Below are positions 62,071-64,000 of a stretch of DNA of 64,000 bases, in pieces. The notes beneath the pieces are model-generated. The model was not told where the DNA came from and ran no database searches. It saw only the letters and a list, made by a program, of their open reading frames with translations. This stretch comes from an uncultured Methanosarcinaceae archaeon (GTDB lineage: Archaea > Halobacteriota > Methanosarcinia > Methanosarcinales > Methanosarcinaceae). The stretch spans positions 544,001-608,000 of the forward strand of contig CAWJYV010000008.1 in NCBI GenBank assembly GCA_963847185.1. Direction: 5' to 3'. A program made the translations under genes and the position numbers. How positions within the stretch are numbered: the first letter of the stretch is position 1; each line of letters starts with the position of its first letter.

Positions 62071-62463
62071 ATGACAGAAAAACTCGGAATTCTGGCCATA
62101 GGCCACGGGAGCAAGCTGCCTTACAATAAGGAAGTCGTCACTCAGATCGCAGACTATATCGCCAAAAATCACACTGACGTTGTTGTCATGGCCGGTTTCA
62201 TGGAAAACAGTAAACCAACTCTGAAAGAAGCAATTAAAGGCTTCTCAGGGACTGGCGTAACTAAGGTGGCAGCAGTACCGGTTTTCCTGGCTTCGGGAGT
62301 TCATATCACAAAAGATATACCTGAAATCTTAAGTCTGGATGAGAAGGGCTGTGGCACCCTGGAAATTGATGGAAAGGAGGTTCCTCTGTGCTACGCAAAA
62401 CCCCTCGGAGCCGATGAACTGATAGCTGAACTCGTATTCAAGAGGGTTCAGGAAGCCCTCTAA
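62071..62463 (+). CDS. cfbA: Sirohydrochlorin nickel chelatase
   Basis: IGHGS, FME...P and [15 protein letters not shown] motifs (CbiX-S type); adjacent to cfbE. Confidence 0.93.
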   Translation: MTEKLGILAIGHGSKLPYNKEVVTQIADYIAKNHTDVVVMAGFMENSKPTLKEAIKGFSGTGVTKVAAVPVFLASGVHITKDIPEILSLDEKGCGTLEIDGKEVPLCYAKPLGADELIAELVFKRVQEAL

Positions 62464-62487
62464 ACTCATTATAAGGGTCCGGTTTTT

Positions 62488-63981
62488 ATGGACCTTTACC
62501 AGAAGAAGCTTGCCGTGCTCGACCTGACCCACGGCGGCATTCCCATCGCAAAAAAACTTGCAGCTCTTGGAAGCAAAGTGTATGCTATAGACGTCTACGG
62601 GACCGTAGACCCAGGAGTGCTGCTGGAGCTTGAGGAAAAGTATGGGATATACTCCTCAAAAACTCCTTTTCCTGCTTCTGAATTTGATCTTCTTATAGCT
62701 CCCGTACACCTGGACCCTGCATACTCAATGTTAGCGGAAGCCAGAGCAGAAGAAAAAAAAATCATTTCTCATCATCAAATCGTCGGGGAAATTCTGAAAA
62801 AAGATTCAAGATTTTCAGGAATGAAAACTATCGAGGTTACAGGCGTAAAAGCAAAAACGAGCACTGCATCTCTTCTTGCGGATATGCTCTCTAGAAAGTT
62901 TGAAGTAATGCTGCACACCTCAAGGGGGCTTGAAACCTGGAAAGGAGGTGCTTCTTTCCAGATCAGCAAGGGTTTAAGCATAACTCCTGGAAGTATCCTG
63001 GTTGCAGTTGAGAAGGTTGTTGAAGCCGGGCTCAGGCCGGATTATTTTATTTTTGAAATTTCTATCGGCGGCACCGGAAATGCAGATTTCGGGATTCTTA
63101 CGACTCTTTCCCCGGATTATGGGATTGCAAATAATACTTTCCTTGCAAGCGAGGCAAAACTCCAGCTTGTCAAAAAAGCAAAACCTGGCAGTATTCTTCT
63201 CATAAATTCCAGCGCTAAAAAAGCCCTTGAAGCTGCAAAAACGAGCCAGGCAAAAGTCCTGACTTTCAAAGATCCCTTTAATTCAGGGCTTTTAGAAACT
63301 GGAGAAGAAGCGGACTTCTCACTGAAAACAGGGCAAGAAAAAGATTCAGTATTATTATCCTCAGAATTATCAGTTTCATCACTACCAGCAAAGTTATCAG
63401 AATTACCGATTTCTCCGGCATCTTCAGAATCCATTCTGCGCTTTATACACAGAGGAGATGAAGTATTCTCAGCTTCCCTCCTTTCAGGATATAACACTTC
63501 AGCTTACAGGACTGCTTTTGTGGCAGCATCGGCAGCTGCTCTTGAACTTGGGGTTGAGCGTGAAGATGTTATTGCGGTTCTTGAAGAATTCAGAGGTCTT
63601 TCAGGCAGGATGCAGGAAAGGGAGGTAAACGGGATTTTCCTCATAGATAATTCCAATTCTGGTATGGATATTCTCTCCGCCGAAAAAGCCCTTGAGTATG
63701 CCCTCCTGAAGAAAAAAGACGAAAAAAAAGGAGGTATTATTCTTGTCCTCGGAGAAGAAGCCTCTCAGGTCTGTGAGGGACTTCCCCCTGCCTCAGTGCA
63801 AAATTTCGTGGAAAAATTCGGCGCAAAATGCAGGCAGATTTTCCTGGTAGGGGAGCGAATGAGGGCGATTGGTGCCAAAAATGCTTCTTATGCAGGCAGC
63901 CTTCCGGAAGGGCTCTCAAAAGCATGTGAGCTTGCAGGTACAGACGACATAATACTTTCCTCAGTAAAGTGCTTCCGTTAA
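62488..63981 (+). CDS. cfbE: Coenzyme F430 synthetase (Mur-ligase-like)
   Basis: [40 protein letters not shown] and VCEG motifs. Confidence 0.93.
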   Translation: MDLYQKKLAVLDLTHGGIPIAKKLAALGSKVYAIDVYGTVDPGVLLELEEKYGIYSSKTPFPASEFDLLIAPVHLDPAYSMLAEARAEEKKIISHHQIVGEILKKDSRFSGMKTIEVTGVKAKTSTASLLADMLSRKFEVMLHTSRGLETWKGGASFQISKGLSITPGSILVAVEKVVEAGLRPDYFIFEISIGGTGNADFGILTTLSPDYGIANNTFLASEAKLQLVKKAKPGSILLINSSAKKALEAAKTSQAKVLTFKDPFNSGLLETGEEADFSLKTGQEKDSVLLSSELSVSSLPAKLSELPISPASSESILRFIHRGDEVFSASLLSGYNTSAYRTAFVAASAAALELGVEREDVIAVLEEFRGLSGRMQEREVNGIFLIDNSNSGMDILSAEKALEYALLKKKDEKKGGIILVLGEEASQVCEGLPPASVQNFVEKFGAKCRQIFLVGERMRAIGAKNASYAGSLPEGLSKACELAGTDDIILSSVKCFR

Positions 63982-64000
63982 ATACTCCTGTAAATCAAGT

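Overview
This is a 64-kb chromosomal segment of a Methanosarcina-type methanogenic archaeon, judged from gene content, archaeal TATA/BRE promoters and PKD surface proteins. It carries a Mo-nitrogenase operon (nifH-I1-I2-D-K-E-N) followed by modBC without modA, glnK-amtB and a second, broken amtB. It also has the echABCDEF hydrogenase operon, a DEAD-box helicase, a queC-DUF366-queE-queD cluster, stand-alone nifB with a ferredoxin, and methanogenesis marker 2. Further right lie a PocR/PAS histidine kinase, an FmdE/DUF4405/NifX/DUF134 cluster, a metal-chelate ABC transporter, a NikR remnant and the start of the F430 cluster (cfbA, cfbE). No rRNA, tRNA, CRISPR array or intact transposase was recognised. 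The best leads are: a GC-richer lipoprotein fusing a solute-binding domain to three Cache domains with no output domain; duplicated promoters ~200 bp apart upstream of both nifH and echA; paired dispersed palindromic repeats and a clean 135-bp MITE; unannotated Cys-rich microproteins; a 49-aa internal duplication in a formaldehyde dehydrogenase; and a possible Ni-supply module next to cfbA. All family calls come from motif recognition by eye, not from database searches.
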